45,004 nt of DNA from an uncultured Steroidobacteraceae bacterium (lineage in GTDB: Bacteria; Pseudomonadota; Gammaproteobacteria; Steroidobacterales; Steroidobacteraceae). Of this stretch, positions 28,838 through 37,527 are shown piece by piece. A program made the position numbers and the translations under genes. The stretch covers positions 1 through 45,004 of the forward strand of contig CAZZYJ010000002.1 of assembly GCA_964658215.1 (NCBI GenBank), in the 5' to 3' direction. Under the pieces are notes generated by a model. That model had not been told where the DNA came from. It saw nothing but the letters and a program-made list of their open reading frames with translations, and did not search any database. Numbering within the stretch: position 1 is the first letter of the stretch; the number at the start of each line of letters is the position of its first letter.

Positions 28838-30118
28838 ATGCCAACGCTCGCTGTTTCGCTCCGCAGATCGCCCTCGGCGTTCACCGCCTTTGCGTCGCTG
28901 GCGGGATTCGCCACGTATTTTTCGATGTATGCGTTCCGCAAGCCGTTCGCGGCGGCCACCTTCGGCGACGTCGAGGGCTGGCACCACGCCCTCGATTTCA
29001 AGATCGCGCTGGTGATCGCCCAGGTGCTGGGATATGCCGCGGCGAAATTCATCGGCATCAAGGTCATCGCGCAGATCCGCTGCGCTTTGCGGGCGCGCGC
29101 CATCCTGGGTCTGATCGGCGCCGCCTGGTTCGCGCTGGTGGCGTTCGCCCTCGTGCCGGCGACGTTCAAGGTGGCGGCGCTGTTCCTCAACGGGCTGAGC
29201 CTGGGAATGATCTGGGGGCTGGTGTTCGGCTACATGGAAGGCAGACGGACCTCGGAAATCCTGGGCGCGGTGCTGTGTGCGAGTTTCATCGTCTCCTCGG
29301 GCGCGGTCAAATCGGTCGCCAGCCTGCTCATGCGTGATTTTCACGTCACGGCGCTGTGGATGCCGGCTGTCACGGGACTGCTGTTCGTGCCCGTGCTGCT
29401 GCCGGCCGTCTGGGGTCTGTCCTCGCTGCCCGCCCCCGACGCCGAGGACGAGGCACAGCGGGTGCGCAGGGCGCCGATGAGCATGCGCGACGTGCGGGCC
29501 TTTCTCACGGACTACGGCTTCGGCGTGGCCCTGCTGGTCACGGCGTACGTGTTCGCCACGGCACTGCGCGATTTTCGCGACAACTTCGCCGTCGAGCTGT
29601 GGACGGCGCTGGGCTATGCCGATCCGGCGGCCATGTTCACCTATTCGGAACTCGCGGTGGCGGCGGTCGCGCTGGGAGCCCTCGGCATCATCGTCCGGGT
29701 GCGCGACAACCTGCGGGCGCTCGCCGTCATCCACGGCGTGATACTGGCGGGGCTCGTGCTGCTCGGGGCGTCCACGCTCGCGTTCGATGCCGGCTGGCTC
29801 GGACCGCTCCCTTGGATGATCGCGAGCGGCGCCGGACTCTACGTGGTGTACACACCGTTCAACGCGATGCTGTTCGATCGGCTGGTGGCGGCCAGCGGCC
29901 GGGTGGCCACCGCCGGGTTCCTGATCTACGTTGCCGACTCGGCCGGTTACACGGGCAGCTGTGCCCTGCTGCTGTGGCGCAACTTCGGGCTGGTGCGCAG
30001 CGACTGGCTGACGGTGTACCGCTACGCCACCTATGTCACCTCGGCGGCCGGTCTCGTGCTGGTGTCGTTGTCGCTGGTGTATTTCGCGGGACGCACCCGG
30101 CCGGATCCTACGGCTTGA
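28838..30118 (+). CDS. DUF5690-family polytopic membrane protein (MFS-like; putative phosphonate-related transporter)
   Basis: 426 aa from the ATG at 28838 (MPTLAVSLRRSPSAFTAF...), with about 12 hydrophobic segments. Divergent from the oxidoreductase-phnX pair. Family name from memory. Confidence 0.7.
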   Translation: MPTLAVSLRRSPSAFTAFASLAGFATYFSMYAFRKPFAAATFGDVEGWHHALDFKIALVIAQVLGYAAAKFIGIKVIAQIRCALRARAILGLIGAAWFALVAFALVPATFKVAALFLNGLSLGMIWGLVFGYMEGRRTSEILGAVLCASFIVSSGAVKSVASLLMRDFHVTALWMPAVTGLLFVPVLLPAVWGLSSLPAPDAEDEAQRVRRAPMSMRDVRAFLTDYGFGVALLVTAYVFATALRDFRDNFAVELWTALGYADPAAMFTYSELAVAAVALGALGIIVRVRDNLRALAVIHGVILAGLVLLGASTLAFDAGWLGPLPWMIASGAGLYVVYTPFNAMLFDRLVAASGRVATAGFLIYVADSAGYTGSCALLLWRNFGLVRSDWLTVYRYATYVTSAAGLVLVSLSLVYFAGRTRPDPTA

Positions 30119-30473
30119 GCCAGCCCACGCTCACGCCGACGGTGAGTGCGCCGATCACCACCGCCGTGAGCGACGCCAGCAGCACCGCGGCGGCCGCGCA
30201 GTCCTTGGCCCGTTGGATGGCCTCGTGCCGCTCGGGGTGCAGGCGGTCCGCCAGATGTTCGAGCGCGGTGTTCAACAGCTCGAGGGCGAGCACGAGCCCG
30301 GCGGCCAGGGCGCACAAGGCCAGCCAGACCAACGGCGGCCGGATGAAACACAGGGTGACGATGGCGAGCAGACCCAGAAAAAGCTGTGTCCTGAAGCTCG
30401 CTTCGCCGCGGACGGTGCCGACGATGCCCGTCCAGGCGAATTCGAAGCGCCGGACAAACGATTGATTTTTCAC
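30108..30473 (-). CDS. dgkA: diacylglycerol kinase (prokaryotic DgkA family; could alternatively act on undecaprenol)
   Basis: 121 aa with a GTG start and 3 TM helices. Family motif LELLNTALEHLADRLHPE. Its 3' end overlaps the convergent DUF5690 3' end by 11 bp. Confidence 0.88.
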   Translation of the reverse strand: MKNQSFVRRFEFAWTGIVGTVRGEASFRTQLFLGLLAIVTLCFIRPPLVWLALCALAAGLVLALELLNTALEHLADRLHPERHEAIQRAKDCAAAAVLLASLTAVVIGALTVGVSVGWLKP

Positions 30474-30485
30474 GGTGCTCGGGTG

Positions 30486-30845
30486 CTAGGCCGTGGCGGA
30501 TCCCGACCTGCCCTTGCGGTCGGTTTCCATGTCGACCGCCGCGCCCGCATCGATCAAGACCTGTTCGAGCACGGACAGATATTCGATGTACCGTTTGCGG
30601 CCCGAGGCGGTGACACGGCACACCGTCTGCGGACGGTTCTGATCCATCGATTTCGTGATGCCGACGAGTTTGGCCTCCTCGAGCACCTGCAGGTGTCGGT
30701 TCAGATTGCCGTCCGTCAACGCGCAGAATTGTTTGAGCTCGCCGAACGACAGCCCCTTGGGATGGGTGACCAGCGAGGTGAGCAGGCTCAAACGCGCGCG
30801 TTCGTGGATGACCCGGTCCAGCTCGTAGGCGAACCGGCGTACCAC
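30486..30845 (-). CDS. small winged-helix transcriptional regulator (ArsR/PadR-like wHTH)
   Basis: 119 aa from the GTG at 30845; there is no in-frame ATG after the upstream gene's stop at 30862. LDRVIHERARLSLLTSL...LSFGELKQFCALTDGNLNRHLQVLEEAKLV is typical of about 100-aa wHTH regulators. Confidence 0.7.
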   Translation of the reverse strand: MVRRFAYELDRVIHERARLSLLTSLVTHPKGLSFGELKQFCALTDGNLNRHLQVLEEAKLVGITKSMDQNRPQTVCRVTASGRKRYIEYLSVLEQVLIDAGAAVDMETDRKGRSGSATA

Positions 30846-30861
30846 GCCCTTTTTGTTACCG

Positions 30862-31479
30862 TCACGTTTGATCGAGGTTCTCCTCAAAGCCGAAGCGCAG
30901 CACCGCCGCGACCAGCAGCTGGCCGACTCCGAACGGCACGCCCATGATCCAGGGCGAAAATGTCTTGGTCGCGCCGGCCACCACCATGCTGCACAGCCCG
31001 GCCGCCAGATACCACACCCCCACTGCAAACATCTGTCGGGGCAGAAAGCGACAGGAGGCGAAAATCCCCAGACTGAAGATCACTTCCCACAGCCCGGGCA
31101 GCAGCCAGAAATTTTCCGGCGCGACGCGCAGCATCACCGCGGTCAATAGTACGCCGGCGATCAGCGCGGGCAGAAATTGTTCGACCGCCGACTGGATCAT
31201 CTCCTGGGCGAGCCCGCTGTGGACGCGCCGCGAGCGGGCGAAGGTCTCTATGGCCGACAGGAAGAGCGCCACCGCCGCCGTGGCGACCCAGACGACGAGG
31301 CAATGCATGGAGTCGTAGGTGCCGTGCCCGGCGAGCTCTGCCTGGCTGCCGGCCACGACCAGGGCGAGAAGGCCGCTGAAGGCGCTCGATACCGGCCCAT
31401 AACCGCGAAACTGCGTGCTGCGCGCGACCTGATGCCGTATCGAGTGGATCTCGAGCAGCGCCTGGCGAAGTTCCTTCAT
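30862..31479 (-). CDS. hypothetical integral membrane protein
   Basis: 205 aa from the ATG at 31479 (GGAG SD with 7-nt spacing; the track ORF begins at an upstream TTG). About 5-6 hydrophobic helices. Ends 16 nt before the wHTH gene. Confidence 0.65.
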   Translation of the reverse strand: MKELRQALLEIHSIRHQVARSTQFRGYGPVSSAFSGLLALVVAGSQAELAGHGTYDSMHCLVVWVATAAVALFLSAIETFARSRRVHSGLAQEMIQSAVEQFLPALIAGVLLTAVMLRVAPENFWLLPGLWEVIFSLGIFASCRFLPRQMFAVGVWYLAAGLCSMVVAGATKTFSPWIMGVPFGVGQLLVAAVLRFGFEENLDQT

Positions 31480-31561
31480 GCTCATGCTCCGAACCGTGCT
31501 TCGCGCCAATATAACGCGAAGCGCGCCCCCGGCGACACCCGGTCGGGCGAGACTCCCGGTT

Positions 31562-32881
31562 TCAGAACGGATAGTTGATGCCCGTGAACACCGCGACGCC
31601 CTCGGAGCCGTAGCCTAGGTCGACGAAACCCACGACGAACGGGCTGGCGATGCCGCGAAAGCCCACGCCGGCGACATGATGCAGGTGCGCGAACGGCGAC
31701 TGCCGCGAGTGGGCGAACACCTCGCCCACGTCGAGAAAGGGGGTCACCTCGACGTTGATGTGGGTGGCCACCGCGTCGACCGAAAGCACGCGCCGGCGGT
31801 ACTCGAGACTTGCCGAAAACGAGTCACGATCGTAGAAGCGCCCGGTTCCGTAGCCGCGCAGCGGCTGGGTTTCGCCGAGGACGCTCAGGTCGCCACCGAG
31901 ACTCGACAAGACCCAGAACGGCACTGCCGTGGTTCCCGGCATGTAGCGCAGTGCCGCATGCGCGGCGAGCGTGCTGCCGGCCCCCAGCGACCAGAGCTGG
32001 CGTGCATCCGCCCCCACCACGCTGTACAGGGACGCATTGACGAGGCCGTGCGCCGCCGCCACGCCGCCGTAGAGCGCGTATTCGCCGCCCCGCGTCGGCA
32101 CCGTCGTGTCGTCGCGGCTGTCGTAGATCACGGCCGCGCGGCTCAACGTTTCCGGGCTCGATCCCAGTCCCAGCTCGCCGCTGAACCGCGAGTCGATCGA
32201 CGGGATGCCGGCGAGGGTGCCGCGCTCGACGTCGCCCCGCCGTGCGCGCAGCGTGTAGGAGAGCTGCAGCTCATGGCTCAGATTCCAGCCCACCACCACC
32301 TGCGCGAACTCCTGCTGGAAGGTGTAATTGGTTTCGGTCGCGTGCCGGGTGCCGTTGCCGATGCCGTAGAACCGCAACGTGCCGCTGCGGTCGTAAACGA
32401 CGCTGGAGCTGAACGACCAGCTGCCGTCGCGCAACCGCCCCGTCTGGTATTCATAGTCGAACTCCCGTTCGACGTGCTGTTTCGCGCCCCCCACCACGGA
32501 CCATTGCGTGTCGTCGGATTGGAACGAGAACAGGCGTGCCCGCGCGCCGACTCCGAAATACGGGTTGTACAACACGTCGGGCGCTATGATCTTGCGGATC
32601 TGTGCGTGCTCGTCGGTGATCAGCCAGGTGGGGATGAGTCCGAGCGTGGTGCCGCTGTTCGGATCGACGTCGATCTCGGGAATGGGGATGAACGGTGCGG
32701 TGGAGGGATCGAGCCAGCGCAGCAGCCCGCGCGGCTGCACCGGCGGCTGCGTGTCGGGGACGACCTGCGCCATGGCGCGGGCGCCGAGCACGCACAGCAG
32801 CGCCGCCGCGAGCTGGGCGTTCGTCGGAAGCAGGGCACGCGCCCCGCGGCCGCACCCGCTGCGCCTAGGGTGTTTCGACAT
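31562..32881 (-). CDS. Omp85/BamA-TamA-family outer-membrane beta-barrel protein (no obvious POTRA array)
   Basis: 439 aa with signal peptide ...LGARAMA|QV. Surface-antigen barrel motifs RFYGIGN and LGG....LRGY, and a terminal ...GINYPF. Its start overlaps the hpnL 3' end by 17 bp. Confidence 0.8.
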   Translation of the reverse strand: MSKHPRRSGCGRGARALLPTNAQLAAALLCVLGARAMAQVVPDTQPPVQPRGLLRWLDPSTAPFIPIPEIDVDPNSGTTLGLIPTWLITDEHAQIRKIIAPDVLYNPYFGVGARARLFSFQSDDTQWSVVGGAKQHVEREFDYEYQTGRLRDGSWSFSSSVVYDRSGTLRFYGIGNGTRHATETNYTFQQEFAQVVVGWNLSHELQLSYTLRARRGDVERGTLAGIPSIDSRFSGELGLGSSPETLSRAAVIYDSRDDTTVPTRGGEYALYGGVAAAHGLVNASLYSVVGADARQLWSLGAGSTLAAHAALRYMPGTTAVPFWVLSSLGGDLSVLGETQPLRGYGTGRFYDRDSFSASLEYRRRVLSVDAVATHINVEVTPFLDVGEVFAHSRQSPFAHLHHVAGVGFRGIASPFVVGFVDLGYGSEGVAVFTGINYPF

Positions 32882-33884
32882 CACGGCCGGACAGGTCGAG
32901 TACCAGGCGGCGCGCCTCGCTCCATTGCCACGCGGCGAGCGCCGGTACGCCGAAGAGGATTTCCCGCATCCTCTTCACGAGCGACAACGCCACCGCAAGG
33001 TCGCTGCCGATTCCGAGGACGTGGCCCACACCGATCAATCCGGCTTCCTGCACCCCCAGGCCCGCCGGCACCATGAAGATCAACGTCCGCGCCGCCAGGG
33101 TCACGCCCTCCAGCGACAGCGCGGCGAGGAACCCCACCGGGTGGCCGAGCCAGCGCAGCGCGAGCCACGTCTCGGCGCAACCCACGATCAAACCGGCCAG
33201 CTGCCAGAGCAGCGCGCGGGCCAGGCGTCCATGGGCCGCCGCCAGCGAACGGATGGCGGCATTGAGCGGACCCCAGCCACCGGCCGCGATGGCGCGCAAC
33301 GCCCTCGCGCCCAGCACCCGTCCTGCCAGCCGCTCGAGTGCGCGCACCAGCACCCCGCTGCGCAGCAGCCACCACAGCGCGACGAGCACCGGCAGGCCTG
33401 CCAGGAGGCTGAGCATCAGCGGACCGCTGGGTTCGACGCTGCGGCTGAGCTGCAGCAGACCGGCCACGCCCAGGATGAGAAAGACATACTGGGCGACCAG
33501 CGTCAGCGCGACCTCGACGATCACGCTGGCCGCCGCCGCCGTGGCGTCGGTGCCCTGCCGCGACAAGAGATGAACGCCCACCAGTTCCCCGCCGATGCTG
33601 GCCACCGGCAACAACCGATTGACCGCTTCCCGTATCGAGGCGATATACAACAGACCGCGCACGCGGCAGGCGCCGGGAATCAGCAGCCGCCAGCCCATGA
33701 CGTCGAACCACAGGGGCACGGCGTGCAACGGCACCAGCAGCAGCAGCACCCAGCCCGCGTGTGAAAGCAGGTCGGCGATGGACAGGGCGCCTTCGTGGAT
33801 CACCAGCGCGACCAGCACCGCCAGGCCCGCCACGAGGGCGATGCGGGTCAGGTGCCGGCGGCACCACTCAAGCACGCGCAGCAT
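32865..33884 (-). CDS. hpnL: hopanoid-associated membrane protein HpnL (lysyl-PG-synthase-TM/flippase-like family)
   Basis: 339 aa from the ATG at 33884 (a longer option runs to 33929). About 8 TM helices, positioned directly after hpnK with a 17-bp overlap. Family call by context and general resemblance. Confidence 0.7.
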   Translation of the reverse strand: MLRVLEWCRRHLTRIALVAGLAVLVALVIHEGALSIADLLSHAGWVLLLLVPLHAVPLWFDVMGWRLLIPGACRVRGLLYIASIREAVNRLLPVASIGGELVGVHLLSRQGTDATAAAASVIVEVALTLVAQYVFLILGVAGLLQLSRSVEPSGPLMLSLLAGLPVLVALWWLLRSGVLVRALERLAGRVLGARALRAIAAGGWGPLNAAIRSLAAAHGRLARALLWQLAGLIVGCAETWLALRWLGHPVGFLAALSLEGVTLAARTLIFMVPAGLGVQEAGLIGVGHVLGIGSDLAVALSLVKRMREILFGVPALAAWQWSEARRLVLDLSGRDVETP

Positions 33885-34719
33885 CTTCGAAGCCGCCCCG
33901 ACCCAGGCCGCCGGCGGCGATGGCGGCACTGACGCGCGGACTCAGGCAGGCGGCCAGCTCATCGGCATGACGATAGGCCTGCATGGACGGCGCGATGGCG
34001 CCCGGCAGGGCGATCGCGGGATGCAGGTAGATTTCCGATACACCGGACGGCAGCCGGGCGAGCACCGCGAGCAGCGCCTCTTCGTCCATGCCGCCGCTCG
34101 CGGCGACGCCGAACACGTGGTCGTTGTGGAACAGCCCGGACTTTGCCAGCCGGCGTTTCATCAACGTCAACCAGGGCCGCAGCAGCGCGGTCTGGACGAC
34201 GGCAGCGCCGCCGCTGCGCGCGGCGAACCACAGCGGCTCACAGGGCAGACGTACCGCCCGCACACCATATTCGCGGCCCACCCGCAGCAGGATGGCCAGC
34301 AGGCTCGGATGCAGGTGGAAGTGTTTGTGCACGTTGACGTGGTCGAGCCGCAGACCGGTGCGGGAGAAGGCGGCAAATTGCGCCCTGATCTCCGCCTCCA
34401 ATTGACGGCGGACCCGGGGCCGCGCGAAGTAGCGCACCCCGCGCAGGAACATGTCCTCGCCCATCCGCCCGTCCACGTCCGCGAGATCCGGCACCCGATG
34501 CGCGTCGAGCATCGCGCGGCCGTCGGCGAGTACGAGATGCAGGCCCACCCGCAGGCCGGGCAGTGCGGCGGCCCGGCGCACCGCATCCGCCGCCGCCGCT
34601 TCCGCCACCATCAAACTCGCGCAGGTCAACACCCCCAGCCGGCTGCCCTGCTCCACCGCCTCGTTGACCGCCTCGTGCAGACCGAAATCGTCCGCGGTGA
34701 CGATCAGAAATTTCTTCAT
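33868..34719 (-). CDS. hpnK: HpnK, YdjC/ChbG-family deacetylase (bacteriohopanetetrol N-acetylglucosamine deacetylase)
   Basis: 283 aa. MKKFLIVTADDFGL (YdjC N-terminal metal/acid motif) and HVNVHKHFHLHP. Confidence 0.85.
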   Translation of the reverse strand: MKKFLIVTADDFGLHEAVNEAVEQGSRLGVLTCASLMVAEAAAADAVRRAAALPGLRVGLHLVLADGRAMLDAHRVPDLADVDGRMGEDMFLRGVRYFARPRVRRQLEAEIRAQFAAFSRTGLRLDHVNVHKHFHLHPSLLAILLRVGREYGVRAVRLPCEPLWFAARSGGAAVVQTALLRPWLTLMKRRLAKSGLFHNDHVFGVAASGGMDEEALLAVLARLPSGVSEIYLHPAIALPGAIAPSMQAYRHADELAACLSPRVSAAIAAGGLGRGGFEDAARA

Positions 34720-34756
34720 CGCACGAACGGCGCGGGCGCTGCCGTGGGGCAGCGCT

Positions 34757-36178
34757 TCAGGCCTCCCGCGCGTGCAGGAAGCGGAAGAACTCCACGCCTT
34801 CGCGCAGCCGCCGCTTCGTCATCTGCCAGCTCGTCATCATCTCCGCCGTGAGCTCGACGATCTTGCGCGGCCGGAAATAGAAGCGCCGGTAGAAGGTCTC
34901 CACGGCGCTGTAGATCTGCCCGGCGGCGAGGTTCGGATAACTGAGCGGCGACAATTGCACGCCTTCCTTGTTGACGAGATTCAATCCCTGATTGGCCGTG
35001 AGCCAGCCGTTCTCCACCGCCTGGTTGTACAGCTGCGTGCCGGGGTAGGGCGCGGCCAGCGAAACCTGGATGGTGTGCGGATTGATGTCCACCGCGAACT
35101 TGATGGTCTCGCTGATGGTCTCGAGGGTCTCCCCCGGCAGCCCGAGGATGAAGGTGCCGTGGATGGTGATGCCGAGTTTGCGGCAATCGTTGGTGAAGCG
35201 GCGGGCGATGTCGGTCTTCAGCCCCTTGCGGATGTTGAGCAGGATCTGGTCGTTGCCCGATTCGTAGCCGACCAGCAACAGCCGCAGGCCGTTCTCCTTC
35301 ATGATCCGCAGCGTCTCGTACGGTACATTGGCCTTGGCGTTGCAGGACCAGGTGACGCCGAGCTTCCCCAGCCCGCGCGCGATCTCCTCGGCGCGGGGGC
35401 GGAAATCCGTGAACGTGTCGTCATCGAAGAATATTTCCTTGACCTCGGGCATGTTCTCCTTGATCCAGCGCACCTCCGCGATCACGTTCTCCGGACTGCG
35501 GACGCGATAGCGGTGGCCGCCGACGGTCTGCGGCCAGAGACAGAACGTACATTTGGAACGGCAGCCGCGGCCGGTGTACAACGACACGTAGGGATGCTGG
35601 AGATAACCGATGAAATATTTTTCGATCGTAAGATCGCGCTTGTAGATCGGAGCCACCCACGGCAGCTTGTCCATGTCCTCGATCATCGGCCGGGGACCGT
35701 TGTGCTGGATGCGCCCGTCGGGATGCCGGAAGCTCAGGCCGGCGATCGAGTCGAGCGGCAGACCCTCCGCGACGTCCTTGCAGGTGTAGTCGAATTCTTC
35801 ACGCGCGACGAAATCGATCGCGGCGGATGCGGCCAGCGAGCCTTCCGCGTCGACCGCGACCTTCGCTCCCACCATGCCGATCAGCAACGCCGGATTCTCC
35901 TCCTTGAGGAGTTCGGCCACCCGGGCATCCTTCGGAAATGAAGGGGAACTGGTATGCATGATGATGAGCTCGAATTCACGTGCCAGGGGCAGCACGTCCT
36001 GCATGGTCAGGCCTTCGGCGGGGGCGTCGACGAGCTTGCTGCCGGCAACCAGGGCGGCCGGCTGTGCCAGCCAGGTGGGGTACCAGAACGAGCGGATTTC
36101 GCGCTTGGCCTGATAACGGGCGCCGGCGCCGCCGTCGAAGCCGTCGAAGGAAGGGGGATGCAAAAATAGTGTTTTCAT
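34757..36178 (-). CDS. hpnJ: HpnJ, B12-binding radical SAM protein (BHT cyclitol ether formation)
   Basis: 473 aa. MKTLFLHPPSFDGFDGGAGARYQAKREIRSFWYPTWLAQPAA is nearly invariant in HpnJ. Radical SAM cluster motif GRGCRSKCTFC. Confidence 0.9.
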   Translation of the reverse strand: MKTLFLHPPSFDGFDGGAGARYQAKREIRSFWYPTWLAQPAALVAGSKLVDAPAEGLTMQDVLPLAREFELIIMHTSSPSFPKDARVAELLKEENPALLIGMVGAKVAVDAEGSLAASAAIDFVAREEFDYTCKDVAEGLPLDSIAGLSFRHPDGRIQHNGPRPMIEDMDKLPWVAPIYKRDLTIEKYFIGYLQHPYVSLYTGRGCRSKCTFCLWPQTVGGHRYRVRSPENVIAEVRWIKENMPEVKEIFFDDDTFTDFRPRAEEIARGLGKLGVTWSCNAKANVPYETLRIMKENGLRLLLVGYESGNDQILLNIRKGLKTDIARRFTNDCRKLGITIHGTFILGLPGETLETISETIKFAVDINPHTIQVSLAAPYPGTQLYNQAVENGWLTANQGLNLVNKEGVQLSPLSYPNLAAGQIYSAVETFYRRFYFRPRKIVELTAEMMTSWQMTKRRLREGVEFFRFLHAREA

Positions 36179-36182
36179 AATT

Positions 36183-37337
36183 TCAAGTCCTCAAAATCGG
36201 CTGGGCGGTCCCGTCACGGGCGACGAGAAAGCGGTCTTCGCGCCAATGCACCCGGCGCGTGGCGAAACTCCAGGTCCACAGGATCAAAGTCATCAGGTCT
36301 CTGCCGGGCAGCATCAAGAGCTGCGCGGCGCCGGCGTCCTTCTGTCGCGTCTTCAAATGCAGCATGACCCGGGCCACGGCCGTGATCGCGAGCGCGCTCC
36401 ACCCGGCGGCTGCCTCGCCGGACAGCAGCGAACCGATCAGCGCAACCGGCACGCTGCAGGTTACGAACGAAAAACCGTAACCGACCGGACGTACGGCGCG
36501 GATGGTGCGCAACCACCGTAATTCATGCCGCACCAGATCCGCGAAACTCCGCTCGGTGATGTACGTATCGACCGTGACCTCGGACAGAACGGTTTTGAGC
36601 CCGATGCGGCGCGTAAGTTCGCCCAGGCGGTAATCGTCGGCGATCTGGTCGGCGATCGCCGCAAAACCGCCGATTCCGGCGAGCGAGCTGCGGCGCAGGG
36701 CGATGGTGGCGCCGAAGGCAAAGGCACGGGATCCCGTCATGGCGGCGACGCGAACCGACGGCATGAACCAGTCGTTGATGTACATCGCGCCGAGCCGGGA
36801 CCACATGCCGCGACGAGGCACCCCCCGATAGGCGCAGGTCACGATGCCGACATCGGGCTTCGCCAGAGGCGCGACGACTTTCGCGAGATAGCCCTCCGCC
36901 ACGCGCACGTCGCTGTCGGACAGCACGAGATACTCGTGCCGTACCGCCGGCATCATGTTGATGAGGTTGCTCACCTTGCGGCTGCTGCCATGCAGCCGCC
37001 GGTCGACCACCAGCTGCAGATCTCGGTGCGGAAACTCCTCCTGCAGCCGACGTACGATGGCGATGACGGGATCGCTGGCGTCCGACACGCCGAACACCAC
37101 CTGGAACTCGCGGTAGCTCTGCGCGCAGAACGACCGCAGGCACTCGTAGGTCTCCGGCTCGACCCCGCACAACGGTTTGAGAAGGGTTACTGCGGGCGCC
37201 GGACCGGCGTCCGCGGCCACCGGCCGGATCCGGGTGTAAACCGCCACCAACGCGAACAAACTATAGACCATCGCCGCGGCACCGAGCATCAGTCCGCCCA
37301 GAACCAGCCAGGGATGGACCATCATGGGCATCGGCAT
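36183..37337 (-). CDS. hpnI: HpnI, GT21/ceramide-glucosyltransferase-like glycosyltransferase (BHT N-acetylglucosaminyltransferase)
   Basis: About 384 aa from the ATG at 37337 (further Met codons at 37331/37325/37322). N-terminal TM, LLKPLCGVEP, a D-x-D region LSDSDV, and C-terminal TM helices. Ends 4 nt before hpnJ. Confidence 0.85.
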   Translation of the reverse strand: MPMPMMVHPWLVLGGLMLGAAAMVYSLFALVAVYTRIRPVAADAGPAPAVTLLKPLCGVEPETYECLRSFCAQSYREFQVVFGVSDASDPVIAIVRRLQEEFPHRDLQLVVDRRLHGSSRKVSNLINMMPAVRHEYLVLSDSDVRVAEGYLAKVVAPLAKPDVGIVTCAYRGVPRRGMWSRLGAMYINDWFMPSVRVAAMTGSRAFAFGATIALRRSSLAGIGGFAAIADQIADDYRLGELTRRIGLKTVLSEVTVDTYITERSFADLVRHELRWLRTIRAVRPVGYGFSFVTCSVPVALIGSLLSGEAAAGWSALAITAVARVMLHLKTRQKDAGAAQLLMLPGRDLMTLILWTWSFATRRVHWREDRFLVARDGTAQPILRT

Positions 37338-37421
37338 GCGGGGGAATCGATCATCGGAATCCTTCGGCGCGGAAGAGGTGTCTCTGCAGGCTCGACGACG
37401 CTCGTGGCGCAGAAGCCTTGG

Positions 37422-37438
37422 GCTTTGTAGCACAAAGT
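37422..37438. promoter_or_regulatory. palindromic operator-like site upstream of hpnI
   Basis: gCTTTGtagcaCAAAGt, about 90 nt upstream of the hpnI start. It shares CTTTG-N3-CACAAAGT with the site at 41652-41668. Confidence 0.3.
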
Positions 37439-37527
37439 GGGGGACTTATTCTTAGGTTAGGTTACTGCACGCTTCATTGCAGCACGAAATGTTGACAACG
37501 GCTGTCGGGGATCCACGCTAATTTTCG

